The translations under genes were made by a program, and so were the position numbers. Shown here in pieces: positions 42,725 through 56,555 of a stretch of 124,000 nt of DNA; the first letter of the stretch is position 1, and the number at the start of each line of letters is the position of its first letter. A model generated the notes under the pieces. That model was not told where the DNA came from and ran no database searches. It worked only from the letters and a program-made list of their open reading frames with translations. The stretch lies in contig OX597823.1 of the NCBI GenBank assembly GCA_951406725.2, positions 38,212,001 to 38,336,000 of the forward strand, written 5' to 3'. Origin of the DNA: Octopus vulgaris (Eukaryota).

Positions 42725-42960
42725 TGTGTGTGCGTGCGAGTGTGTGTAATTGTGTCTGTATTTATCCCCTACCACTGCTTGACAACTGGTGCTCATGTGT
42801 TTATGTCCCTATAACTTAGCAGTTCAGCATAAGAGACCAATAGAATAAGTACTAGGCTAAAAAAAAAATATAATAAGTACTAGTGTTGATTTATTTGACT
42901 AAAAATTCTTCAAGGCAGTGCCCCAGCATGGCCACAGTCAAATAATTGAGACAAATAGAA
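42555..42960 (+). mobile_element. SINE family A, full length (others about 47040-47445, 74318-74720, 95860-96260, 99365-99850)
   Basis: CATGGTTCCGGGTTCAGTTCC head and CTTAGCAGTTCAGC...AGAATAAGTACT tail. Confidence 0.8.
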
Positions 42961-43829
42961 GATATGATATTTATGTGGAAAATTTACTGCCTATGTTTCA
43001 ATTAATTTTGAAAATAATTAAGAATTTAGTAAAAATGAATTTGTCATAAAAATCTGGTGTAAGAAGATAACATGAAATTTTGGTGAGAAGTGGAATGACA
43101 TGTTCTATTTGCATGTTAAATTACTTTTCTACTTCATAATCAAAATTAATAATGAAATAAATAAATAAATGCTTAAGAAACTGGTTTGGTTAAGGTAGTG
43201 AATAGTGTGCTGAAGTAAACCAATCCTTTCATCTCATACACTTTACTCTTTGGAAAATACAAAGTTTCCTTATCACTTAATATACAGCAGTGTTGTGAAT
43301 GAGTAAAGTATGCATTTCCTGATTGATCTAACAACAACAAGGATACAGTAATCACAATGATAATAACAATAATAATAATAGTGTCAAATTTTGGCACAAG
43401 GCCAACAACTTTGGGGGAGGAGGTGAGTTGAATACATTGACCCCAGTATTCAACTAGTACTTATTTTATTGATCCTGAGAGGACGAAAGGTAATGCTGAC
43501 ATTGGGGGAATTTGAACTTAGAACATAAAGAGAGATGAAATGCCGCTAAGTGTTTTGCCTGGTGTGCTAATGATTCTGCTAGTTTGCCGCCTTAACAACA
43601 ATGACAATAATGATATTTACTTTATTTATCATTGGGTAAAAACAAATACATTTAAATATGATACTACACACACATGCACACGTACACAGTGCACACACAT
43701 ATATGCACACACATTCACACACATACATATACATACACATGTACACATACATGAGCAATACAGTGTAAGTGGAATTTGATGGGCTGAAACTGTGTAGAAA
43801 CCTGTCATAAACATAGCCATATCTTATGT

Positions 43830-44818
43830 TCATTTTCCATATTAACATGTGTTAGGTGAATGTATTATTAGTCTTGGTGGTTTGTATAAGATTTTATTGT
43901 TAAAATTTATCTGCAATAAACTGGGTATACTTCTGCAGCCTGACTATCAGTCTGAAGAAGACCAAAGTACTGGGCCAAGGTACCAAGCACTCCTCCCCTA
44001 CCATCGCCATCAACAACTACAAGCTGAAGATAGTCCATGAATTCACCTATCTTGGCTCTACCATTGGTGATGACCTCTCCCTGGACCCTGAGATCAACAG
44101 GTGAATCGGACAAGCATCATCCACATTTGCCAGGCTCACAAAGAGTCTGGGAAAGCAAAAACCGGTTGCAAATATCAAGATTGCTGTCTATAAGGCATGC
44201 ACCCTTAGTACACTACTTTACAACAGTGAGACATGGAACCTCTACTCCAGACAGGAGTGGCGTCTCAACATCTTCCAGCTTTGTAATTTGAGACACATCT
44301 TGGATATCAAGTGGGCAAACCACATCACTAACACCAAAGTTTTCAACTGTGCCAAGATACCCAATACACTCACTCTGCTCCAGCAGTGTCATCTGTGTGT
44401 GTGTGCTTGGTCATGTACATCACATACTGAACGGGAGGAACCAAAAAGGCCTCCTGCATGAGGAATTGACTACCAGCACAAGAGCACAAGGATGACCTCA
44501 TCTTCATTTCAAGGATATCTACAAGAGAAATATGAAGTCAACTGATATGGACGTCCTGGGATGGGAGGAGGTTGCAAATGATTGCCCACACAGGAGATGA
44601 AGAGAGCAGGAAAGAAAAAAAAAAAGACAGGAACTTGCCACCAAAGAAAAGGGCACCTGACAGAAAGAAAAACCAATAGCACTGGCAGAGAGTTCCTTCA
44701 AATGCAATCGCTGTATGCATGACTACCACTCCCATGTGGTGCAGATACTGCACCAACATCAGTAGCTGACACGATTTCTTCGAGTACAGATCCATGGCTT
44801 CTCGAGACCAATGGCTAC

Positions 44819-44850
<32 letters not shown>
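43830..44850 (+). mobile_element. RTE (BovB-like) LINE 3' fragment with (CTA)n tail
   Basis: EFTYLGSTIGDDLSLDPEINR*IGQASSTFARLTKRVW, terminal Cys/His motif, CTA repeats. Confidence 0.75.
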
Positions 44851-45020
44851 GTATATAAAATATTTTAATAATTTTTTAATACAATTCCTTATAATATTTA
44901 AGTATAAAAATGATAGGATTATTTTTAAACGTTGAATGGCTATGAAGGTCCTTCCAAGTAAAATAGAAATTAAAGGGGTCCATAGGAAAAACATAGTTGG
45001 AAAACACTGGTCTGTTCTGA

Positions 45021-45110
<90 letters not shown>

Positions 45111-45897
45111 ATTAAGTTATATTAAATATACAATAATAATTCTTGATTTATTGAAATTATCTTTGGTTTGGAGATAATAAACTAACAACAAATGGTGATT
45201 GCAACAGATTCTTAATGAGAAGAGATGATCTCAACATTAAAGAATTCTCTGGAATTGATATGTCACTAAGAAGAAGACAGTCTCTCTCTTGCACACAGAT
45301 ATAACACACACATGCACACACACATATGCATGCATACAGATGTACACACACATGACACATATACATGCACATGCAGCACACACACATATGCATGCATATA
45401 GATGCACATACATACACACATACACACATACATACATATGTGAACACACATACACACACACACACACATACCTTATCATCATCATCTTTTTAACATCCAC
45501 TTTTCTATGCTGGCATGAATCAAATAAAATTCATTAAGACAGATTTTCTGCTGTAGAATGCTTTTCCTATCAACAACCCTCATCTGTTTCCAAATAAGGA
45601 AGTATTCCCCCTTGTCATCCATTCAGGAACAGCACACTGGCCAAACATAATTTCACAGAAAATTGCAATCATACTACTTTGTTTGATAGCGATGTTTGTT
45701 TGCAAGACAAAGAGACACAAACACACTCAAGTACAAACATACATTCTTTCAGTTACTGTCTATCAAATCCATTCACAAGGCTTTGGTCAACCCAGGCCAC
45801 TTGCTCAAGTGCTGCACAATGGGACTGAATCTAAAACCACTTGGTTGCAAAGCAAAGTTCTTAACACTCCTTAACTGCACAACAATGCCTGCTCCTA

Positions 45898-45931
<34 letters not shown>

Positions 45932-45933
45932 TA

Positions 45934-46752
45934 TAGTGTGTCCCAAAATTAGAGCAATCAGCTTTTTTCAATTTTGCCAAAGCAAAATATTGCTATATTT
46001 CGGGTCTGAGTGTTGCAATGCAATGGTAAAGGAAGCACTATTATGACACTACCATATTTATTTGATATGACAACTTCGATTTATGAGTCCACACTTGACG
46101 GAAACAGATACACTCCAAAGTCGATCGTTCTGATTGTTTACTGTCTGTTCGATGTCAGATTTCTGTTCATCAGTGAATACCAGGTTGGGCAGCATACCTT
46201 CAGCAATTTGATGCAGGATAAGATGACTTCTCTCCAATTTCATGGCCTTATAAACTTGTATGAGCTCATGACGATTGATCATCTTGTAGGGATAGGTCCT
46301 GAGATCCTCCTTTAGTACTTGATACATCAATGTTCAGCATATTTTTGTTGTGGTAGCCAGTTTTCTGACAGAACGATGAGGATTTTGCCATATCTTTTCT
46401 CTGGTATTTTTGATAAGCTGAGGGGTCCGGACACTTCTTTTTCAGACACATCCAGGCTGAGTAGCAGTGGAACCAGTCTCTTTGAAATTTCTCAACAATT
46501 TTTCAGACTGCTGTTTAGTTAATTTTAAGCTTTTTTGCTATAGCTGTATTACTTTTGCCTTCTTTGTGGAGGGTTATAATTGTATTTTGGTCTATAGCCA
46601 TTATTTAATTTATAAATCTGAACTTATTTAGTTTGAAACAAAAAGAAGATACACTAATATTTTATAATGATGTATAATTTTCATAGCTTATCACATTTAT
46701 TAATAGTTATTAAAGCCCGAAACTTCGGTTGCCTTAATTTCAGGACACTTTG
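45934..46752 (-). mobile_element. Internally deleted maT/DD37D-type transposon with both TIRs
   Basis: TIRs TAGTGTGTCCCAAAATTAGAGCAA and TTGCCTTAATTTTCAGGACACTTTG, TA flanks. VLKEDL...YK...LVFTDEQK...VNNQNDRLW. Confidence 0.75.
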
Positions 46753-47190
46753 TATATGCATACACACATATGCTCAAACAAATAAATAGTATATATATAT
46801 ATATATATATATATAGATGTTTTCAATCTAGTTTGGATTCTTTGCCATCAAATTTGAATTCTTTGCAATCAAATTTGAATTTTTCAATTGGTACTCAAGC
46901 CTTGAAAAAAAAACAGAGTTAAACTACATCAGCCGTAAGGGAATACATGTCTATCTTATCTAACTCGTCCAGTGGAGCCCACTGTTGCTCAAACTTCAAT
47001 CTAACCCTGAGCTTATATATATATATGTGTGTATGTGTGTGTGTGTGGCTGTGCTTTCCAACCACATGGTTCTGGGATCTCTCCCACTGTGTGGAATCAT
47101 GGACAAATGTCTTTTACTATAGCTTCAGGCTGACCAAAGCCTTGTGAGTGGATTTGGTTGACGAAAACTAAAAGAAGCCTATTGTATATA

Positions 47191-47246
<56 letters not shown>

Positions 47247-47448
47247 GTGTTTGTGTTAGCCCCACACCCCCACTTTACAACTTGTGTTGGTTTGTTTATA
47301 TTCACATAACTTAGCAGTTCAGCAAAAAAGAGTGATATAATGAGTACCTAGCTTAAAAAAATAAGTCCTGCAGTTGATACATTTGACTAAAATTCTTCAA
47401 GGCTGTGCATTAGCATGGTCACTCTCTGATGACTGAAACAAGGAAAAC

Positions 47449-47512
<64 letters not shown>

Positions 47513-47660
47513 ATAAATAAATACATACATACATACATACATACATACATACATACATACAAATATATGTACATGTACATACATACATATACATATATGC
47601 GTATGTGTGTGTGTTTTTGTGCATGTATCAATAAAACTGTACATTATATAGTTACATCCA

Positions 47661-47714
<54 letters not shown>

Positions 47715-50271
47715 CCAACATTTATTACCATTCCTGCACTACCCACATAGAATTCTAACCATTCTAGGTTCTAATTACATCTGTTACATAATTCATAGAT
47801 CTTCAGATTTTATTTCCCTAAGAAATCTTGAAAGTGCTATAATGTTCCCACCATTTTGATCTCGGCTGTTTACAAGATTCATTATATAACATCCATTCTA
47901 ATCAATCTCTTTCTTTCTTTCTTTCTTTCTTCTTACTTTCTTCTTTCTTTCTTCCTTTCTTTCTTCTCTTCCTACTCCTTCTTTTTCTTCTTTCATGATA
48001 AGTGAGAACCATCCAGAAATCAATACTAATGTAAACAATTTTCATGGACAGTTTAACTAAATCTAATATTTAATTAAGTCATGTCATACTGTTCTGCCTA
48101 TTAAGATGTCAGCTTCCATGATGGAAAGATATCAAGTTCCATCTTAGTTTACAGCAGTAAACTGGGATTATACTCAGTAAGTGGGTGTCAGAATATTTAA
48201 ACATGGGGTTTTGAAAACCTTAAGTAGAATGATGTATGTGAGTAGAAAAAATATGTAAAAGTTACTGGATTTTAATATTGATTTCAAATTTTGGCACAAG
48301 GTCAGCAATTTCAGGGGAGGGGGTAAGTTGATAACATTGACCCCAGTATTCAACTGGTACTTATTTTATCAACCCTGAAAGGATAAAAGGTAAAGTTTGA
48401 GCTCAAAACATAAAGATGGACGAAACACTGCTAAGTATTTTGCTCGGCTTGCTAACAATTCAGCCAGTTCGCCATCTTAACTGGATTCTAATCATTTTTG
48501 TTTTCAAGCAAATATGGAAAATACTGCTAACAAACTTGTATCCAATCCAGCCAGGTCACACACCAATCACTATGCTCAGTTCTTCTTTTCCCGAATGTGG
48601 CACATAAAAAGCACCATCCGATCGTGGCTGTTGCCAGCCTCGCCTGGCCTCTGTGCCGGTGGCATGTAAAAAGCTCCATCCGATCGTGGCTGTTTGCCTG
48701 CCTCGTCTGGCACCTGTGCCGGTGGCACATAAAAAGCACCCACTACACTCATGGAGTGGTTGGCGTTAGGAAGGGCATCCAGCCGTAGAAACATTGCCAG
48801 ATCAGACTGGGCCTGTGCAGCCTTCTGGCTTCCCAGACCCCAGTTGAACCGTCCAACCCATGCCAGCATGGAAAGCGAATGCTAAACGATGATGATGATG
48901 ATGATGATGAATTCTCTCCTTGCTTATATCTACTCTGCAGGGGTTGGCTCTGAGTTACACTAAAAAGCATTTGTTTAAAGTACTGTGCAGTGAAATTGAA
49001 CCCCTAGTCACTTGATTGGAAAGCAAACCACCAAACAACAAAATCCTCATTCCTATACTCCAATAAAGAACTGGGAACATAATCCAATTTTTCTAGCCCT
49101 GAGCAAACACTACTTCTCAGTCCTGTTATTGCATAGTTCACCCAACTACAGTGAAAAATTAATATTTTCTGTAAGAATTTCATTTCTGAATAACAAAGAC
49201 GAATTATTGTTAGACACATTGGAGGTTTCCACACAATTAATCTCAGTTGATGTAGTTCTGTTTTTCCATTACATTGCTCTAATAGCTATATCATCATCAT
49301 CATTATTATCGTCAACATTCTCCTTTCCCTCCTTCCTTCCCACTCCACCTCCTCCTCCTCCGTTCTCTTCCTCTCCCCTCCTCCTCTTCTTTATCATTAA
49401 CGTCATCGTCATCCTCCCCTCTCCTTCCTCCTCCCCTTTTCCTCTTCCTCCCCCTCTTCCTCCTCATCCTCCTCTTCCTATTGCTTTTCTTCCTCCTGCT
49501 TCTCTTCCTGCTGCTGCTGCTCCTCCTCCTCCTCCTCCTCCTCCCCCTCCTTGTTGTTGACAAACACTATTGGTGACAGTATCATCATCATTGTCGTCGT
49601 TGTCATAATCAATCGTCGTCATCATCATCATCATTTTATGTCCATCTTTTCATGCTGGCAAGGATTGGAAAAGTCTTGTATTGTTCTCACCAATCATTCA
49701 ACAGAGGTTTCTTCTGCAAATTTGTTTTCTGGTGCCATTGTTAAAAATTGTTATTATTACTAAGCAAGAAAAAAGCACACACCATCAAAGAGATGCTGGG
49801 GTATAAATATACAATGCTCAATATACACATCACCACTACCCATATGATATGTGTACACTAGGCATATGCATCACATCTATATGACTACAACATGGTGACC
49901 TTATATCATCAATATAAATAGTGCATTGCCTTGCAGGTGGGGTCCAGTTAGAATTTCTTCAGGACAAAGAAGCCCATCCTACTCAAAAGGTCCCTGAATA
50001 AGGGTTGTTTAAGAATGATGAATGAACACCCATATTTCCAGGGGGGAATTATTCAAACCTCAAAGAATCCTTTTCAACACATAGCTATGATGCTCCCCAA
50101 CTACTCTTGCTCATGATTAGAGATGTACATACCATCAGCCACTAAAGGACATGCTCAGCTGGTTAAGGTCAAACAACTGATAAGCAAATTTTTGGAACTG
50201 AGTAAAATATTTGCTCTCTTTCAATCTGTTTGGATCAGAAGCCATGCCACCACTGTCTGGTACAGCATTAT

Positions 50272-50995
50272 TATTATTTCACATACACACAACAGATTAA
50301 CTGTTGGAAAAGATTTCCTAACATCGGGCTGCAACAAGTAACCTTACATGCCAAGAACCTTCCTAAATATCCTACATGTCCCTAATAACACTGTTTTCTG
50401 GAGCTGCACTAAACTAGGCTTTATGCCTAATTCCTCTATCTATCTATATATCTCTTCAAATCTTTAGGGCTAGTCCCTAATGCATTTATAACAAGAGAGA
50501 TATATTTTATTTGCACTTTCTATAGCCTCTGCAACTCAGTGGCTAGGTTCTGGTACTTTGCTATTTTCTCTATACCTCTCATATTGACTTTCTTATCACT
50601 TGGGACTGTAAAGTCAATTACTTGGCATTTTCTATTCTCTTTGTCCAATACTATATTCTACTCAGTCAGTCTGAATGCAAAAATTCCACAACATCTTTTA
50701 TTTCTAAAACTTTCTTAGACTTTATTAGGTTCATGTTCATACCATTTATCAGTATAGTAAAATCCTAGCATTCTATGTAAATCCAAATGGATTAATCTCC
50801 CTAGGTTTTCCTGTCTTTTCTTGTATTCTTTCTGTCCCAGCAGCATGCTACATTCATTTACTATATGAGTAACACTTTCCGTTTCTTGATTTACATGACC
50901 AACATTGGGAATCTACCTGATTTTTGTCTATTTTTGCTTTTATTCAATTAGTCCTCAATGCTTAATCTTGTGCTGCTCCTAACAAACTTATTACT
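50272..50995 (-). mobile_element. R4/Dong-like RLE retrotransposon 3' fragment
   Basis: ...QLQKTVLLGTCRIFRKVLGM*, then UTR and (TAA)n. Confidence 0.65.
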
Positions 50996-51015
50996 ATTAT
51001 TTGTTGAAAACTCTA

Positions 51016-51530
51016 GGCTTATTTTGTTGGGCATGATGGACAGTGTCAGCTGTCCACAGCCAGCAGACTAAGGTGACATTTGTTTACTGGTCATGCTTTA
51101 AGAACTCTGTGAAGAATTCTTGCAGTTCCAAGTAATGCTGATTTTTGCAGGTGTTCTACCTTTACACTTGTACCAATCATTTTGAACCATGTTGGTAGTT
51201 GGGTGCTGATACTTCCACGTGCACCAATTACTATTGGTATCATGTCTATTCTCCTCATTGACCACAACTTTTGTATTTTCTACATCAAATTGTCATACTT
51301 GTTCAGTTTTACTTTTTTTTTCTCTTTGATCCTGTTGTCACCGAGATATGCTATGTTGATTATCATGCAAGTTTTTCTTTGTCATTCACCAAAAAAATGT
51401 CCTGTTTCTGATGTCTGGTCAAGTGATTGCATCAAATCATTGCATCACACAGGAATTTTGCAATCTTCATTCTCGGTGACTCCTTCTGGGGTTTTCTCAT
51501 ACCACATCTTTGCTCTTTGTTATCTTGTAT
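51016..51530 (-). mobile_element. R4/Dong-like 3' fragment (same family as 54781-55320)
   Basis: RLE C-terminus of the PIVIGALG...HLQKSALLG type, degraded, next to (ATC/ATT)n. Confidence 0.65.
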
Positions 51531-51616
51531 TATTATCATCATCACCATCATCATCATCATCATCATCATCATCACCACCACCATCATCATCATCATCATC
51601 ATCATCATCATATTAC

Positions 51617-51669
<53 letters not shown>

Positions 51670-51706
51670 TATTTTAAAAGGATTGACGTAACTCTTCATG
51701 ACAGTA

Positions 51707-52671
51707 AATAGACAATACGAAGAGCGTCATGTAATGCAATAGATATTTTATTGGTATGAATGATATTTTGACTACTTGCCTGTCTTTGTCAAGCTCAAAA
51801 TGAAAAGTGATACATAGAAATTCAAAATTATAGAAATTCAAATTCAAAAGTTTGAATGAGGAGATCCTGCATTCCCACTTTCACAGAATGACACCATCAG
51901 TGTTCAATTTTCAATTTTACAACTGGCAAAAAGAAAAAAAAAAAAAGGAAAATCAAAGAAAAAAAAAGAATACAAGTCACAAAATGAGAAACTGACAATT
52001 CTATCAGTTAAAAAACTTAATTGTTTTCGTGCTAATATCAATAGTCAGTTATCATTTCAGGATGCATGCAAATAGGAAGGTCTTACATCAAATATACCAA
52101 TGTGTGCATCACAGCCTGATGATTCATTGCTTCAAAACTTTAAATTGATTAATGAGAGCAATTTATTTCACATAATGGAAGCTATTATTCAACACCATTG
52201 TCAAAATTAATATCACTTGGTGCAGACATTACGAAGAATTTGAGTGTCCTTGAACAGGTATGTTCTAAAAATCGTTTCAGCTATTTCTGTAATTGTCTGA
52301 TGAACTTTGAAAAACTGGAAATTTTGTCCCTGAAGACAAAAAAGAAAAGAAGCTGAAAAGGCTGATTTCCCATTTCTCTGAGACAATGGGCAAAGGAACA
52401 TTTTGGTTGAGAACATTTGCTTTGAAATATGAGAATTCATTTTTACTTTCGGGACAAACTTATTGATGTCAGCTCAAAAATCATAGCAGAAACTTTTCCT
52501 GAAATTCCAAAACAACCAGCCATTTTTTTCTCACATACATTCCACACAGCTCATCATTCATCCATCACACCAGGAGCATCACTTTTCATTTTGAACTCAA
52601 CAAAGACAGGCATGCTGTTGAAATATCGTTCAAAATATCTATTACAATCACATTGTGCTCCTCATATTGTC

Positions 52672-52675
<4 letters not shown>
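51707..52675. mobile_element. Non-autonomous DNA transposon with about 90-bp imperfect TIRs
   Basis: AATAGACAATACGAAGAGCG...GCCTGTCTTTG...CAAAATGAAAAGTGAT at 51707-51810 is mirrored at about 52570-52675. Confidence 0.45.
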
Positions 52676-52712
<37 letters not shown>

Positions 52713-52714
<2 letters not shown>

Positions 52715-53400
52715 TACTTTTAATCTGTATGTTTGTTACAATCATTTGCCGAGACACAACCCTTGTTACAATCACTTGCCAAGACACAGCCCTTGTTATA
52801 ATCACTTGCTGAGACACATCTCTTGATTTCACTTGCTCCGGCTAATTCTATAAGAGTGAACAACAGCCTGTTGTTAAGGTCTCACAGTGTCTCTTTCCAT
52901 GACACTTAACATCCATGTGCCAATCTCAAAATTCCTCAGTAATGCAGGTTTCTGAGAATTGTTCTGCCCCCATGTCAATCCCAATTTCTCCAACAAATTT
53001 CTCAGATCATGTTGGTAATGCTCCCAGTACCCCTACAACTACTGGGATGACAGTCACTTTCTTCATTGCTGATAGTCATAGAACCTTATCTTTTAGTGGC
53101 TTATACTTCTCAATCTTTTCCAGTTCTTTAGCATCAAATCATACAACTCCAAGTATGGCAATATCTATGATCTTGAAGGCGGCGAGCTGGCAGAAACGTT
53201 AGCATGTGGGCGAAATACTTAGCAGTATTTTGTCTGTCTTTACATTCTGAGTTGATAATTGAATGCCAGTTGTGTACTGGGTCGATCTAATCAACTGGCC
53301 CCCACTCTCCACAAAAATTTCGGGCCTTGTGCCATGACTATAAAAGAATATCTATGATCTTGATTTCCTTCATCATTTTTTCAACTACAACAATGTTTAT
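52713..53400 (-). mobile_element. R4/Dong-like 3' fragment carrying a SINE B (53178-53347, 17-bp TSD)
   Basis: IIDIAI...KELEKIEKYKPLK...VTVIPVVVGVLG. TSD AATATCTATGATCTTGA. Confidence 0.7.
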
Positions 53401-54210
53401 ATTATTATTATTTTCATATACACTCAACAGATTAGACTGTTGGAAAAGAAAAAATCCTAACACCAGGCTACAAGTAACCTAAGCACCTGATCTATTCGGA
53501 TTAGGAAATTCCATAAGATTTTGCAGGTCTCTGATTTTACCACTCCCTGTGGTTTGTGCTCAAACCACGTCTTGCCTACTTCTAGACCACACTTTTCACA
53601 CAGTTTCCAATGTAACACTTTCATTACTTTATTGTGTCACCTCAACTTGTACTAGTTTGGGCAAGCTGAGGGCATTCATTCATGATATGGGCAATGGTTT
53701 CATCAACTCTGGTGCAGTGGAAACACTTGCTCATTTCTAAGGTTGACCATCTAATTAGTGGCCAAAGCTTGATCTTGTACTACCAGTACTGTGCTCTCAG
53801 TTTCTTTTATCAGTGCTCATTTCTTTAGCCAGTCCCACCTATGTTTTCCAGCAGCTACATGGGATTGATTGTTTAGTCCCTTGTTGCATAGTGCTACTTC
53901 ATGTCCTTCTTGTACTTCTCGTTTTGTTCTTTTCTTTTTCCCTGATTTCAATCAGCCCTTATTTTTAACTGACCCTAGCAAGGTTTCCTCACATTGGGAT
54001 AGATACTTCAGCAGGTTCCTCTCTTCATGTATAGACTATATCTGTGCCTGCACATGGATGATGGGCTCCATGCATCGTTAGGCACTTTCTTGTCTTCCCA
54101 TCCTACTCTTTTAGTTCATCCTCCATCCACTTCCGAATTCCAGCCCCATACTGAACCACTTCAGCTGCATGCAAGTTTATTGTCAAAATTATGATTTTGT
54201 CATTCAACTT
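53400..54210 (-). mobile_element. R4/Dong-like fragment including the CCHC zinc knuckle
   Basis: C..VDETIAHIMNECPQLAQ..., with a 3' UTR shared with the 50272 copy. Confidence 0.65.
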
Positions 54211-54271
54211 TGAATTCAAAATTTTTCTCAATTGTTGATACTCGTCTTTTCTTTCCTTTCATATTATTATT

Positions 54272-54745
54272 ATCATTCTATGTTTGACTTTTGCTTTATG
54301 TCTGTACAAGTTGGCTCCAAGTCTCACCCAGAGACCTCAAGAGACAACAGGTTGGAAGTTCTGTGCCATATATTTGGGTTTTTTTTTTTTTTTGGTGTTG
54401 TACTAGTGAATGTCTAATACATAAAAATAAAATTAAAAAAAAAAAAAAATAAATAAATAAAAAAGTTCGTTTTAAACCTTGGGATTACATAGAGAGTATT
54501 TTGCGTAGGATATGAGCAGTTCCCATGAGCACTATCTTTTGAATTTCTGCCATTTTGGGGTTTCCTGGTATCTGAGTTAGGTAGCAATCAGTCCCTTTTC
54601 GCTATCATTCCCAGGGCACCTATGACAACAGGTATTGTTTTAGTCTTCAGCTTTCACATTTTGCTGATTTCTATTTCAAGATCTTTATATTTGCTCAGTT
54701 TTTGGTAGGTCTTGACAGATACGTTTATATCGATTGGGACAGTCA
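54272..54745 (-). mobile_element. R4/Dong-like 3' fragment (same family as 56556-57520)
   Basis: TVPIDINVSVKTYQKLSKYKDLEIEISKM...TIPVVIGALG...IQKIVLMGTAHILRKILSM*. Confidence 0.8.
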
Positions 54746-54780
54746 TTATTAATATTATTATTATTATTATTATTATTATA

Positions 54781-55320
54781 TGAAGACTCACAGCTTATTT
54801 TGCTGGGTATGGTGGACAGTGTCAGCTGTCCACAGCCAGCAGACTAAGGTGACATTTGTTTACTGGTCATGCTTCAAGAACACTGCAGAGAATTCTTCCA
54901 TTTCTAAGCAATGCTGATTTTTGTAGGTGTTCTACCTTCACACTTGCACCAATCTTTTTTCAGCCATGTTGGTAGTTGAGTGCTGATACTTCCAAGTGCA
55001 CCAACTACTATTGATACCACATCTACTCTTTTCATTGATCCCAACCTTCATATTTCCCACTTCAAATTGTCATAGTTGTTTTATTTTTTTCTTCTTGTTT
55101 CACATTGATCCTGTTGTCACCAGGGTGTGCTATGTTGATTATCATACATGTTCTTTCTTTTTTATTCACCACAACAATGTCTGGTCAGATAATTGCACTG
55201 GGTCATTGCATCCCACAGGATTTTGCAATTTTCATTTTCAGTTACTCCTTTTGGATTTTGCTCATACCACGCCTTTGCTCTTTGTAGGCTGTGATTTCCA
55301 CAGAGCTCCCAATGGAGCCA
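54781..55320 (-). mobile_element. R4/Dong-like 3' fragment
   Basis: VPIVVGALGSISTQLPTWLKKIGASVKVEHLQKSALLGNGRILCSVLEA*, ending at (TAA)n. Confidence 0.75.
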
Positions 55321-55768
55321 TCATCATTGTTATTATCATTGCAGTAATGGAATATGAAGAACAAGCTATAACAAAATCATTCTGCATGCAACTGGATACA
55401 TGTGGGATACCTAGGACTGGTCCTTGATGCAACACCAAAATATCTGGTTTAAGCAAATCAGATCTCAGCTTAGACAGAAAATGAGACAAAATGATTATTA
55501 GATTAATTAATTTTCACCAAAATTGGTTGAATGGGAGTGATTGTGGATATGTAGCATGAGCTATCCCAGCAGCAAAATACCAGCCAACCAGCCTGTTAGC
55601 CAACCAACCAACCAACCAACCAACCAACAAACAAACAAACCAGTAGTTAGCTAAAAACTACTTTAGTGATATATTTCTGCTTTCGTTAGATGGCTGATTG
55701 CCATACTTTTTTTTCCAGAAAATATCAGAACTGATTGGAATGTTTGTCTTTTTGTATCTTATGAAGGG

Positions 55769-56003
55769 TTAGTTGGCTATGGTGTTAAGGTCTAGTTCTA
55801 TATTCCTAACATCAATTATATTTTTAGACTGGTCTGGTTGTTGATGTCTAGGAATGTGTTGAGGATATGACATTTTTAAAGATCCCTGATTATCAATAGG
55901 CATGGCTACTACATCTGAGGCACTTCTTTCTTTGTTTGAACTGCAGATGGGGCTAGGTCCATAGGTGAGGCACCAAATAGCTGATGTGTCCTCAACTATT
56001 CTT
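55769..56003 (-). CDS. Candidate terminal coding exon of an unidentified gene
   Basis: Non-repetitive 80-codon ORF (…SAIWCLTYGPSPICSSNKERSASDVVAMP…ELDLNTIAN*). The acceptor is weak and no homology is recognised. Confidence 0.2.
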
Positions 56004-56555
56004 AGCCCCAACCCTATTTACATGCATTTGCGTAACCCCACATCATATTACATCATTTCATATTGTATCATATAGAATTATCCTCAATCTGTTTGTAAAC
56101 CTTTAGTGGTTAAAGAAATCGTCATTCTCATCATCGTCATCATCATCATCATCATCATCATTATAAGGCAGCGAGCTGGCAAAATCATTAGCACACTGAG
56201 CAAAATGCTTGGTGGCGTTTCATCCATCTTCATGTTCTGAGTTCAAACTCTGCTAAAATTGACTTTGTCTGTCATCCTTTCAAGGTTAATAAAATAAATG
56301 TCAGTTGAACGCTGGGGAGAAGAGATGGTGAGGTGGCAGAATTGTAGCACACCAGACAAAATGCTTTGTAACATTTCATCCATCTTTAAATTCTAAGTTC
56401 AAATTCCACCATGGTCTTTCATCCTTTTGGGGTCAATAAAATAAGTACCAATCGAGTACTGGGGTTGATGTAATTGACTTATCTCCTCCCCCAAAGTTGC
56501 TGGTCTTATGTCAAAACTTGAAACCACTATTATTATTATTATTATTATTATTATA

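Noticed and set aside
52217-52329. Exon-like minus-strand segment with a strong acceptor (GQNFQFFKVHQTITEIAETIF…)
   Set aside because: It lies inside a TIR-bounded element (51707-52675), has weak donors and no recognised homology.
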